From NCBI GenBank assembly GCA_010093605.1, contig MU004188.1, positions 1,057,673 to 1,121,672 on the forward strand: DNA of 64,000 nucleotides, written 5' to 3'. This stretch comes from Lophium mytilinum (Eukaryota). Both the position numbers and the translations under genes were made by a program. Shown here in pieces: positions 11,512 to 28,598 of the stretch (its first letter is position 1; each line of letters begins with the position of its first letter). Under the pieces are notes generated by a model, which made no database searches, was not told where the DNA came from, and worked only from the letters and a program-made list of their open reading frames with translations.

Positions 11512-13297
11512 CTATGGTCGAGCGCTCTTAACGGCGTCGATCGCACGAGGCTTCGCACCGTTGGCAGGAGCCAGCGCGTTGCCGAAGCTGGCAACATACT
11601 CCTTGGCCCACCGACGCAGGACAATAGATGCTGAAAGGAAATTAGTTGAGCTCGTCGAGTGTGATATAGATGACGTGCTTACCCTTCAAGAACTTTTTGC
11701 TGGCGTACTTCTTGAAGAACGCTTCATGACTGACAGGACCAGAGAGATAATCGATCATGAGCTGGAGGACAGGTTGTATCTCTTCCTCGGTGTAACCAGC
11801 GTAATGTGCGAGGGTAGCGTCCTATCGACAAGAGTTAGTAAAACAACATGCGTGAAACAGACGGCACACATACCCATTCACCACGCTCAAGGACCAAGCG
11901 AGCAAGATACATCGCGGCAGCAGCAACCTGGCTGGGGGGATGTCCAATGAATCGATGGTCCAAGCAGCCGATCTCCAAAAGGTACTTTCCAAGAGTACGT
12001 GTCTGCATGTCGTAGTTGTCGGCCTTAGATATCCTCCGCAGGAAGTTCATTGGGTTCGGATAGCTCAAGTCATAGTTCAGAGCGGCAAGAAGGAAACGCT
12101 CAGCGTTGAGGATCTCATCCTCAGAAAAACCGTCATCGGCGACGTGGCGGAAGTTCTGAACATGAGGCGACAACACCTCCTCGTACTTGGATGCGATGAA
12201 CATCGCGGTGACACCAACAAGCTGTAGACGGTCGAGCTGGACCACTTTGCAGGACAGGAATCGGTCGATGATGTTGACGGCCAAGAACAAGGTTTCCGGG
12301 AGCAGACGGAATCGAGTGTGAACCTCTAGCAGCCAGTCGACGAGTATACCCCGCATCTTCCACTCGAGCTCATTCTGGCTGTCCATGTAATCCGGGTTGG
12401 GCATGGTAGAGATCTCCAACTCTTTCAAGTACTCGAAGATCTCAACGACGTACTCAGAAACCATCAGCGGGTCGTCCATGTCTTCTTTGTCCAAGTCCTG
12501 AGGTTCGTCCTTCATCTCCTCCTCCTCGAAGACTTCGACCTCCTCTTGGACCTTGGCACGCTCGTGCTTGGTTGAGCCGGCCTTCGTGACGATGTCCCTC
12601 TCAACCTCGACGGTGACAGTCGTCTTCACGTTTGGATGGGGCAGGACGTTTTCAGATTCCTCTGGGTCCTGCTCCTTGACCGATGCCGCGCTCGAGGCTG
12701 ACGTATTCCTCTTCTTCACTGGATTGCCCATGACGCCGGAGCCACTGGCGGGCCGTTTGAGATCAGATGATGCGGTAGTCTTCTCCTTGGGTCCAAGAAC
12801 AGAACGCGTCGAATTAGTTCTGGAGACCTTCTGGATCTTGGTGGGATGAGCTGCCTTCGAGACGAGGCCCGTCTTGGTTGCTAACGGCTTCTTTAACTCC
12901 TTTCCGTCCTTTGAGTTCTTGTCGCCATTTACGAGATCATCCTTGGCGAGGTTGGTGACGTTGGTCTTCTCTCCCAACGCAGCACGCTTTCGAGCCTGAG
13001 TACCATTGGCGGTTAATCCGGCAGCGGACTTCTTGGACTGCAAAGCCTTCTTCGGCACGTCGCCAGGCGCGACATTGGTTTCTAAGGCGGCAGTTTTGGC
13101 ACGCGTAACGCGCGTCGTTCCTGTAGCAGCGTTCTCGTCATTCTCGTTGGTGATGGCCCGATGGCGGAGAGACCGTGCCTAGTGAGAGAGGTTAGATGAG
13201 AGATCGACGGAGGCCATGAGGTATGACCATGTTTGGGAAGTGCCAAGACACGTAATTGCACGCGTTGGGCATGAGCAACACTTACGACAGGAGGCAT
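11512..13297 (-). CDS. nimE: G2/M B-type cyclin
   Basis: Destruction box RAALGEKTN; cyclin box MRGILVDWL...LQLVGVTAMFIASKYEE, PNPMNFLRRISKADNYD; 4 exons starting MPPV/intron. Confidence 0.93.
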
Positions 13298-14236
13298 TGT
13301 GAGTGAGTGGAGAGTGAGACACTTCGACGACTCAAGGGGGATTCGAGAAGTTGGTGAAGTAGTGTGGTGGAGAGCTAAGAGTGGTTGTTGTTATGATGTA
13401 CTGCAGTGGAGCAATTAGCGTTCCTGAACACCCAAACAAAGGTGAATCGGAGCGGATAGCGGCAAAAACATACGCGGTAAGAGTGCCAGAGAGCCCGACA
13501 GAGACACGAGGGCCGGCTCGAGCGTATACGTGAAGATGCTCTGGAGTATCAAGGTCCTGGACACGCTCTGAGGGATACAGCGATGGGAATATGCGGCGAC
13601 GAAGAACCCAAAGCCCCAGCAACGCGAAGGCCGTAGTGGTGAGGCGGACGGAGAGAGATGCAGCTCGGACGAGCAGAAGGGGGGACGGCGGAGATGGTGG
13701 TGGTGGGCGGCGCTGAGGTAGAGGGAAGAGTAGGCGGGAAGGTTTGTTTTGAAGGTGAGGTAGGCGTGCCGGCCTTGGCAGAGGGCGCTAGCGTGGAGCA
13801 ACGCGGTGGTGCAGGCAACTGGACGTGCGGGCGAGGCGAGACGGGCGCGAAACACGCACGAGAGGGCAGCGGTGGTGGTATGGAGATGCTGGCGACGATG
13901 CAGACGACGATGGAAAGCGTATAAGAGTCGAGGATGCGCGAGGAGGACTGCTTGCTAAATACTCGGTATCGATTGGCGATGGGTGTGAATTGAGGGCGAG
14001 CAGCAGAGGCAATGTTGTGAGGTCGATGGCGCCGTTGCCCGGGGATCGCGCCTGCCAGAACAGCTAGCGGCGTGCACAACTTTATACGTGCTGTGTAAGT
14101 ATTTATGCTTGACGAGACTGGACATAAAGGATTTGACATATAGAAGCACCACTCTCAATTGATCTGACAATGTAGCAGTGGAGTCTGCGCTTTCTTCTTG
14201 AAAGGATGAAGAAGATCAAACTTTGAGAGCGGAGCA

Positions 14237-14269
14237 ATGCGCTGGACTTGCATGCGCTGGACTTGCATG
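14237..14269. repeat. 15-bp tandem duplication ATGCGCTGGACTTGC x2
   Basis: Seen directly in the divergent cyclin/RML2 intergenic region. Confidence 0.8.
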
Positions 14270-14604
14270 TCAATCCATACACGCGGTATAATATCTAGCC
14301 ACTCCAGCTCTAGCAGATGGCAATAGCAGCATGATCAAATCCGAAGCTCCTCTACTACACTATCACGAGAGGAGCCTATGATAGGAGCAGTCTATCATAG
14401 TAGCAGTATACTAAAGTAACATGCTGGTCTGAATACATCTATCATCACAAGTCCTTATGCACGCCAAGCATTTAGCCGTCTCCAATCGAACCTTTTTCGA
14501 GAAACCTCACCACCATCAAGCCTCACGACACCACCAGGCCGCCCTCCCTCCCGCCATCCCGCTGGGCGTCAATGGCCCCAGACCACCGCCATTGATCCCC
14601 CACC

Positions 14605-15781
14605 ATGCTGCAAACCCGATTGCCCCTGCGGCCGACCTCCACCGCTTGCCGCTGCCTCCTATCCACAATCCGCAGCTACGCCGTCGCCGCCGTCGACCGC
14701 AAGCCACCCCCAACCCTCGAGCCCACCGTCTCCGCCGGCGATGGCCAAATCTACCAAGCCGCGGGGCCCCGCAAGGAGTCCACCGTGCAAATGCGCACCT
14801 ACAAGCCCCGCACCCCCGGGCTGCGCCATCTCAAACGGCCCATAAACGACCACCTGTGGAAAGGCCGCCCGGTCAGCAAGCTCACGTACCCCAAGACGGG
14901 CATGGGCAAGGCGGGCCGTAACAACTCTGGCCATGTGACCGTGCGGCATCGCGGCGGCGGCCACAAACGGCGGATCCGCATCATCGACTACCACCGCCGC
15001 GGGCCGGGCGAGCACGTCGTGGAGCGCATCGAGTACGACCCGAATCGGAGCTCGCATATCGCGCTGCTGAGCAACTCGAAGACGAAGGAGCAGTCGTATG
15101 TGGTTGCTGCGGATGGGATGCGCGCGGGGGATAAGGTGGAGAGTTTCCGCTCGGGCATCCCGCAGCACCTCATTGCGAGCATGGGCGGCGTGATTGATCC
15201 GGGTATGCTGGCGGCGAAGACGGCGTTTCGGGGGAACTGTCTTCCTGTGCGTATGGTGCCGATTGGCACGCAGATCTTCAACGTGGGATCTAAGGCGACT
15301 GGTGGAGCGGTGTTCTGCCGCAGCGCTGGGACATATGCCGTGATCATGAGCAAAGAGGAGTCAAGGCAGAAGGTTAAGGAGGTGGTTATTCGGCTGCAGA
15401 GCGGCGAGCAGAGGAAGATCGATCCAGACGCCTGTTGTACCGTTGGAGTGGCCAGCAACCCGCACGCGCATTTTGCGCAGCTAGGAAAAGCTGGGCGAGC
15501 TCGATGGCTGGGTATCAGACCTACTGTGCGTGGTCTCGCTATGAACGCAGGTACGCATGCCACTCCACACTCTCTGTCTCACATCATGAATATACACTGA
15601 CATATGTCCAGCCGACCATCCCCACGGAGGTGGACGAGGTAAATCAAAGGGAAACGTGCACCCCGTCAGTCCCTGGGGCACTCCAGCCAAAGGCGGATAC
15701 AAAACGCGCCGCAAGAGGAACAAGAACGTGTGGCTGGTGCAAGACCGCGTGCGGAACCAAGGAAAGCGGAGACCGAAATAG
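14605..15781 (+). CDS. RML2: Mitochondrial large ribosomal subunit protein uL2m
   Basis: Arg-rich presequence; [44 protein letters not shown] / intron 15551-15610 / [10 protein letters not shown]. Confidence 0.95.
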
Positions 15782-16439
15782 ACCACGCAGCACGTCTGCT
15801 GGAGCTCTTCGTTCGCATTGTATCAACATATTCTTCCTCCTCGACTGTATCATATCATCTAGGCTCGCGCAGATATACGCAAGACCCAATGTACAATCAG
15901 CCCTCTAGAGCTCTTCACATTGGTGACATCGTCTTAGCGCCTCAACTAGATTCGCATTCACAAATCGCAACGCCTTTAGGTGACACCTCCTTCCGTATGT
16001 GGGAGCATGGAAAAAACGACTGAACTTCATCTCATCTATGATATACCATACCCTCCCCTCCCCATGGCATCTCCCCCTTCTCCACATCATTCAATCAATG
16101 CAACCATCCCTAAAACAGCCAATTTCACACAATCCCCGTCACATCTTGGAAGGATCTTATCCCTAACCATCACCACCCATCCCATTCAAACGCTCAGGTC
16201 CCGCCCCGCATCTCTCATAATGAAAGCCCCCAGCCATCCCATCAACCCCAAAGCCCCCGAACGACCCGTGCTCTGAAACTGAAACGCCCCTAGCGCCCCA
16301 TTGTTTGTGGCCATGCCCGGCTCGTGGAAGAAGAAAACAGGCCAGTCTGCCTTTTCGTGGTATCTTGCATGCATAGTCGTGGCAGCCAGCGCGCGCGTCC
16401 AAAACCCTGACAACGAACAAGGAATTTTCAACACACGCA

Positions 16440-20419
<3,980 letters not shown>

Positions 20420-23400
20420 GGTGATGGCGGGTTCGAGGCAGCCGCAGGAAAGCCCTCAGAGGCTCCCTCGGCGACGATAGCAGCAGCGGAAAGGCCTGGA
20501 GTCGAAGAATCAGGCCTCGCCACGCCGCGAGTGATCCGCGGTGAAGGCGGCCGGACAGCCTGGGAAGAAGGGATATAAGAAGAATGTATGGGGCGCTGTG
20601 GGGGCCTGGATTTGTGACGCCGGTCAGCAGGTATCGAATGGTATTGGCTAACGTGATATACGGGCGAGAGGCAACCGTGGGTCGCGAAGAGGAGACGTCC
20701 GCCGGCGGGAATAGCGAGCTGTGAGCCGTGGGTATGGCCCGGTCGGGGCGTTTGCTGGGTAACGGTGGCCGCTTGGATTCACGGCAACAGGGCGAGTTCA
20801 CGATGAGGCAGAGGGCGGGCTGGCTGAGGGCAGACGACGTAACTGTTGAGCAGCGGAGAGCAAAAGCAGGTGGGGCGAGTTGGCGGGGAGCCAGTGACAA
20901 AACCAGTGACCAAAACCACCATGGGGCATCACTTCAAAACACTGCAAGCACCCAGACAGTCACAGCCACGACGCCGCCAGCGTGTTATTATACGGCTGAC
21001 CTGTTGACTCCTCCCAGCTCCAGCCTCGCGGACCGTATGGTGGTGGGCCACAATGTTCTGTCATGCTTCTCCATGTCTTCAACCTGTTGGTGGCGGGCAC
21101 AGGAATGAGTGCGTGCAGCTCTGATACACCATCTTGTTTGTGCAACTGCTTTCACCGCACCGTGGCTATGACGAATTCATGTCGTTCTTTTATGCATCAG
21201 AACCTTAGTGCCAATACTATCGAGTGGCTGGGCCCAAATCTCAATAGTTCAGCTGAAGCCATCATCAAACTCGACTCGTCTGTACCATCTGTGCCGGATA
21301 CTCGATGAGCCCACTTCCTCATCATCTCTCAAGGGTCTCGTTGTACTATCCAGCCGGCAGCCATCGAGATGAGCTCGTTCTGTGGTACTACATCTGTCTA
21401 GAGGCCCACGCATAGCTCTGCAGTGCTTCGTCTTACGAGTACTGCGTCCATTTACCGAATCTGTCAGCTTCTTCAGCTCGTCTCCATAAAATCCACAATC
21501 CGAGGTAATGGAGTGAGGCGACAAATCAGTAATCGTATCTTGCTACAATTAGATATCTCGGTGGGCTATACGGCCGAGTGTAATTGTCCCTGTCAGAAGT
21601 GACAGCTCGACGCGTGCGTGTGGTTGAAACACTTGTGCAACGTCGGTCAGGCGAAACCAGCCACTTTTTCAAGGCTTACTTTGATCAGTAGTTGATTACT
21701 GGTGGTTTCTGACGCTACCTTTGTACAGCTCGCATCATAAGCCGCAAAAAGGCATGCGAGTCTAGCACGTGACTACTTCGTTCAGCTCCCTATCGTGTTG
21801 ACTGAGCGTATCCATACGCCCATCTTGGCACTCTAGCAGATCCCCTAAGCCCATCAGCGTAATGAAGGTTCCGGATTGATGTTATCAAAAGCTACGAGCC
21901 CGGACATTTGGTCGATAGGGCGGCCGAATCCGCTCGAACACGTTCGTTTAAAACAGCGTGTCGAGGTGGCGTATGAAAAGATACGGAGGCCGTTGGAATC
22001 CTAAATGAAGGTGCTTAAAACGTATACATCGTCGCGCCGAACAGCCGCTCATAGCAGGCGAAGGGAAATGCTAAGACTTTAGCTAGGTCTTCCAAGGAAT
22101 CACTTGACCTCGATATCCTTGTGAGAGTTATAGCTCCCTGTTCAGCCGGGGCTCTAAGCTTCCGCTCCCGGATCCTAGAAATAAGGCTTTGGGGTTCCAT
22201 AGATGATTTCAGTTGCGCTGGGTAATAATCTAAATCCATCTAGCTGACGGTGTGTATTCTTTCTGTCAGTATGTATCCTTTCTGTCAGTAACCCTTCAAA
22301 CAAGAACGACTTGCATTTCCCTACTTCCTGCATTATCAGTATCTGCAACCTACGAGGTGTATCGCTATTGCAATTCGCAATAATGCCACCAATCCGAGAA
22401 GAAGAAAACTTGCAGCAGCTTACGAGTCTTTCTAGGGTTAACTCAAGGCGAGGCGATGTCCGCATAGCCTAACATGCAGGTGGGCCTGACGTCGCCCAAG
22501 CCTTTTAACAGCGAAGATAGCTTGGCAATTGGCGTTGACTGGAATTGCTACTCAGTGCGAGTTTCGACAGGCTCGCGTTTGCTGCGTAGTGAGGAAGGAG
22601 GGGACCCTTTAAGTGCACTAGGCGTGCCGGGAGCCATAGCGGCTCGGAAGCATGCCCGGTAGGTTGATTGTTCGACGATGGCTTGCTAGACAACCACGCG
22701 GGTGACACAAAAAGCCGTACACCAAACCACCAAAATCGCTTAGGTCAGCGAAATACACCTTAAAAGCGAAGCAGTCTAAGTCTACAGATACATTAAATCA
22801 GCGTACAAAACTTATACCAACGAATAGATCTGTTTCTGAAGATTATTATCATTCGCTTCTTAAATATTGCTCTCTTAGAGCGTTGGGATGCAATTGTGTT
22901 CTGAAAACGATAAGCGGTTTTGGTGTAGGGCTTTTTGTGTTACCCGCTTGACAACGTTGCATTCTCTCGGCCTTAACGGGTTTAGGTCTTGTTAGAGTTG
23001 TGGGGTGGCGCTTGGTGTGGTGATTATGCCTGGCATAGGGGTGCCGAGCGTGCCGTTTGCCCAGGTATCACTCGCGAGATTTCAAGATATTGATGATCAT
23101 GAAGCAAAGGCTCGATTCGCGTTAAGATTCTACTCCTATGAGAGAGTATGAATTGAAGGTTCATATTTACTGTTTAGACTATACTTCTACAGTCAACACT
23201 CGTTGGGGTACCCGTCACGGGAAGCTTTACCACTATATGAATTCAATTAACCGTCATCGCGTGTGACTTGAGTAACAAGACTAAAGCAAAGCTATTGCTA
23301 CCACACCACGGAGAAAATGCCGACAGCTGCAGGTCAAACAGGGACAGCGCGCATGGCGGAGACTCCCAAGGCCGACCCGCTGTTGATAGCCTTTGCAAGG

Positions 23401-23707
23401 CGAACACGGGACGCCAGGTCTCGGGCCGTACGCCGTACTAGGAGCCTCAGCGGACGAACTGGGGTCTGACGGACGCTCCTCGGAGGCACAGTTGCATAGA
23501 AAGTCGGGGGCCAAGCCGGCTGCGCGGGAACAGAGCGGCAGGGCGGGCAGGCCGTTACTCGAGAGCCATTAAAGCAGCACGCCTAGCATCCGTACGCAAG
23601 CATCGTGAAGAGTCTCGGGCTTGAAAACGGGGATCGCGGCATGGTGTAGAGGCGTGGTGTCGCGAGCCGATCATCTGATAACCGTTTTGCTGTGATGGGC
23701 ATCGTGA

Positions 23708-23717
23708 TATATAAAAA
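23708..23717 (+). promoter_or_regulatory. Probable TATA box of the Zn2Cys6 gene
   Basis: TATATAAAAA in a GC-rich context, followed by a C-rich leader-like sequence. Confidence 0.55.
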
Positions 23718-24510
23718 GATATCTCGGCGGCGCTTCGCATCCTCAGCATCAAGGGCCGATGATGCTCCCGGAAGAAACGGCTCTGCTGCACGTCGATCGC
23801 CCGCACAGCCTGGAGCGCGAGCCTTCCGAGCAACGTGAGACTCCCATACAAAGCCTTGCCGCCTGCCGAAGCCTGACCTCTACTTCTGCCGCGCCCTTGC
23901 CCGTCCAAACTCCCGCCGAACCACCCCAAAGCGCTGTCTGCTGTCTGTCCCGCCCGTCCAGCCCCTACAGCTGTCGCCTACCGTCGCCGACTGCGCTGCT
24001 GCCCTTCCGAAGCCCTGATCCCGTGGTCGTGAGCCCTGCCGAGCACGCCGAACAGGTTGCCGGTCCGAACATCGCGAACTGCTGCCGGCCAACGGCTCTT
24101 CAGCCCACTCCGCTGTCACGCTTGTGCCCGCATCCAATTGGCTCCAGCCTCTGGTTGACAGCTTCACCTCGACCACAGTTGCGCCTGTTGCTGCTTCTCA
24201 ACACCACGACCTGCTTCTCGCCGATCTCGAGGCCCCGTCCCGCCACGCTCGTTGCCCAGCTTCCCCGCCCTCCTCCCGGACAACCGTCAAGATTAATTCC
24301 TCCACGCTCGCACCTCCGCCGGCGGAGCCCACTCCCTCCACCAGCTCCGCCGCGAGCGCGTCCTCCACATCCTATCCTACGTTGCATCCACAGTCGTTTG
24401 CGCTGCCCACCGACCACGCCGCACACCTCTCTGGCCCGCGACCATTACCCGCCACACACGTTGAGGGCACACAGGCCGAGGGCGGCGCGCGTCGCCAGGA
24501 GCAGCCTCGC

Positions 24511-27500
24511 ATGAGGTCTTCTATCGCATGCGCGCGCTGTCGCCGCAGCAAGGTCAAGTGCGTCAACAATGGCGTGAACACCACTTGCCGTGCCTGCGAG
24601 ACCTCGGGGAGGGAATGTACCTATCCGCCGCCGGCGACTGCGGGTGCTGGAGCTGCGAGGCGGGAGAGCATGCTTTCGAGCCATCCTGGTGGGGGATCGG
24701 ATGTATCACCGCAAGGCGAGGTAAGGCTCACGATCCACCACTCCATGATCTTGTTTCATGCTTCAACCCCATACTCCCGTGCGCGCCTTGATTCAGCCCT
24801 TTCATTTGCGAAGCTTGCCCTAGTTACATGACTTTTCGGTACATCAACATTCCTCAGCCCTACTACTGTTCACACGGACTATAAGAGTTCTCTATGTCAG
24901 CGATTGGGTGTGCCCTGTGTGATCAGAGTAGCTGCTCCAGCGACATAAAGCGAAAGACTTATCGAACAGGCTACGTCAACGTATCAAGGCGAATCGTGAC
25001 GAAATACCAAAAGTCATGGCGCCAGAGGATCCCTACGCAATGCGAATTTTCAAACTTCAGTCACGCTCGTGTATTCCCTTTCTCGTTCTTTTGCTAATCC
25101 TCCCAGACTCCCCGACGACCACGGACGAAGAAAACCGCGGCTCCCACCTCCACACACTCGATCCCGACTAAGGAGAGCGCTCGACCCATGCTAGACGCCT
25201 TGGACAATTCTCTGTTGACGCCGCAGATATGGACAGAGCTGGTAAGACAGTACCCCAATCTTTGTTTATTGTAGGTTTCTGACAGCTCCCAGTTCGAAAT
25301 ATTCCAGCAGCACTTCTCCACAGACCTACCTTTTCTGCATCCGCCAACTTTCTTGAGACCACTCCGTCAATCTGCTCTGCAGTCGCCACCAACGGATGCC
25401 CCGGCCACACCTCCAGCATCCCCCTTGTTGCTCCTTGCTTTTCTTGCGTTGACGTCTCGATTTCACCCCACATTAGTGGCTCATCATTCTCCTGCAACTT
25501 CGTCGCGACCAAGCAATCCTATGGTAGCTGCTGAGTACTATTCTGTCGCCGCCAAGTCGCGATTAGCAGGACACTATGGCGACGCTCTTGGAGTGCCTAC
25601 CCTCGAGCGCACTCAGGCCCTACTGATGCTCGGGCTTCACGACTGGGGAATGTGCCAGGGTGTGAAAGCCTGGATCTCCGTTGGCGTCGCTGTGCGGTCC
25701 GCTCAAGCTCTTGGCTTCCAATTTGAACAGGATCTAGACGACATGCCTCTGGCTCGGTCACTCGCTTTGACTACTGAAGCTCAGCACCTCGGACTTAGCA
25801 CGGATCGCGATCGTTCTAGATCGGGTCTTAACAAGGGAGAAGCTTTCATTGAGCAGGAAATCCGGCGGAGGACATTCTGGAGCTGCTTCATCATGGACAG
25901 ATATCTCGCCAGTGGGAAATATCGACCTTCCATGCTTAACGTCCAGGAGTTGCGAATACAACTTCCGAGTAGTGAGAGGGCATTTCTTTTCGGAGAGAAA
26001 GTTAGAACTCTAATGCTAGGGGAAGAGGTCAATGGTAATGCCGGTCGGGCTGAGGTGCAAAACGAACGCCAAGCTTCAGTCATGTTGGGGACGTGGAGCG
26101 GTGATCGAGAGCGGAGCCACGAGAACGGAGACCACTCGAGGAGAGCTCATGGCAATCATACAGTCGACCGATCGCGGGAAGTCGAGGACGATAGTCGGTG
26201 GGAGGTTGGCCTTAACGAGGGCGTATTGAGCCGATTTATCAAGGCTCTCGACGTCTACAGTACCATTGTCAAATGGTCCTGCTCAGGTGGTCGGAGGTAT
26301 GGTCTCCCTGAGATGAGCTTTGTCTACTTGCGGTGCTGACTTGTCCAGGCGTGAGAAATACCCGCCTTGGGATCAGAGATCAACATTTTACTCTCTACGA
26401 CGGCAGCTCGCTGAATTCAAGGAGACCCTGCCTCGCGATCTTACTCTAACACCAGCCAACATATCTGCACACATTACATCTAGGACATCGACGCCTTACA
26501 CTCTCATGCATACTGTACAATTGTTGTGCAGCATCATGCTTCACCGCGAATATGTCCCTTTCATCCCTATCCGATGCTCAAAGCCGCAAGGTCCCCTAGA
26601 TCCTCCCATATTTTCTCCAGAGGAATATCAGATACCACCCGGTTTCTGGGACGACGGCGCTCGGGAATGTTTCAAATCTGCTCGAGACCTGATTGACCTG
26701 TTGCGTACATGTCAAGAGTGGCAAGTGCTTGTGGAGACTCCGATTGTCGGATTTGCGGCATACACGGTTGCATTCGTCGGCAAGTTGCACTACGAGTATA
26801 GCTTTCCTTATTCACAAGGCTGACATTTTGCAGGCGTATATTGCATCAACTTCCCATGGATGGATCCCAACGGATTTATGTGCAAAGCCCGAAATCAATC
26901 CAATGGCTCTTACTCCTCTTCAGACCGAAGGGGCGCCGAAGCTGCCCGCAAGGCTCTTGAAATCGTGGGGCACATGCGGAAGCGTCTACAAATGGCTGAC
27001 GGCTGGTTCAAGACAATCCGACGGGTACATCTGTACTTTTCGCGCATGAAGAAGGACTTTGAACGAAACACACGAGCTCTAGAAGCGTCCTCAGAGAGTG
27101 GGAACTCCCCCGAATCCTACCGGCATCTGAGCCTTCGAGAAGGTGGATCCGGTGGCGGCTTGGAAGAGTACAAGCTACTTGAGAAGATTCTCAAGGAGTT
27201 TGGCAGCTTAGAAGACGAAGATCTCGACATGCCTGACGCAGACACCGACACGTCTTTGCGACTAGGACAAGGCCTTGACGACGCTAGTGATGCTGGCAGT
27301 TCGGCCATCAAAAGTGAGGTGGCTATGGAGATGACGGATGGTACACCAGACAGCGCATCGGTCCGTGGAGTGTGGAATCCAGTCAACACAGTTGGCCACC
27401 AGCGATCTGAAAGCGGGAACGGAACGCCAGCCAACCTGAACACTGCAATGCCAGGCCACCATTACAACCAGTTTCAACCCGGTGTACTGAGTCCACATAA

Positions 27501-27861
27501 CCAGCACTTCCCTCCGTCGCGCCCGTCTGCGATGACACAGCTTGAACAGGCGGGCTACTCCACAGCACCTCCCTACGGATCAAACGCACACAACCCAACA
27601 CAAAACCACCTCGGACATCCTGGCGAACAGGCCCGTCAGGCATCACTTTCTCTCCAGCAACAGCTTCAGCCGCAGCAGCAGCAACCGGCACTGTGGTCTC
27701 CAGCAACTAAAGAACTGTGGCTCAACAACCTCGAAACGCGATTCGGCGGTGACGACGTAGCGGCCTTTGTAGCCGGTAATAACTGGGAGGACTGGGCCGG
27801 TATGGCGGCCAAGGAGCAGGGTGGGTGGCTGAGCACGGTTTGGGGTGGAGCTGCGCACTGA
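24511..27861 (+). CDS. Zn(II)2Cys6 transcription factor with fungal-specific TF domain
   Basis: CARCRRSKVKC...CRAC...C cluster; middle homology region EIRRRTFWSCFIMDRY; acidic/Trp C-terminus; introns include 24721-25106. The true N-terminus may lie upstream (see findings). Confidence 0.92.
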
Positions 27862-28517
27862 GCAGCTCACCTTGCCTACTATTCTGTACTATTATGCTAA
27901 TTCAGCAACGAGACGTTAATGAGCTTGAATACTCGGAGCAGTCATGGGACTGGCTTGAAAAGTAAGCGGATCCGGTAAAACATACGGTTATGAGGGTTTT
28001 CGATTTACGACGTCTACGTCGTGCACTATTAGGTTGGGCGGCTGGGACACGTACACAAATACCGTCGGTGTTTAACGCTGGCCGGGTTGTTTCTATTAGG
28101 GGTTTTCTCTATCGATGTGGGTGTTGTAGGAGGTTTAGGGATATGCTTCGTCTTCAAGCATATGTCATATCAGGGAATCTGGCGGCATGCATTTGTGCAG
28201 CGTTCTGCAGGTTCTGCAGGTTCTGGAGGATACGTGGACTGCTGAGGGACTACTACTGAATCGATGGAGGTGCTTAGTTACCCTGTTAATGTAATCATCC
28301 ACCATGATGGGCTACTCAGCAGCTACTCATCAAGTCTTGGACTCAATTGACTTTGCATTCCGTGCACACAGGCACTGGCACGATTATAACGTCACGATTA
28401 AACAGTCTAGCGTTGATGAGTCATCTAGCGTTGCTGAGTAAGCGAATCCATCTGCCCGACTATATCAACTCGGCGACACCCTGCCCAAACTTCTTTCCTT
28501 AATCGCTTCGCGCAAAC

Positions 28518-28598
28518 TGCTAACTAGGGCGGACGGACGATGCTAACTAGGGCGGTCGGACGATACTAACTAGGGCGGACGGACGGTGCTAACTAGGG
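28518..28598. repeat. 23-bp minisatellite TGCTAACTAGGGCGGACGGACGA x3.5
   Basis: Units start at 28518, 28541, 28564 and 28587 (partial); a further TGCTAACTAGG at about 28627. Confidence 0.92.

Noticed and set aside
28518..28598. CRISPR-like or telomeric interpretation of the 23-bp repeat
   Set aside because: Units are contiguous without spacers, the genome is eukaryotic, and CTAGGG is not tandem TTAGGG.
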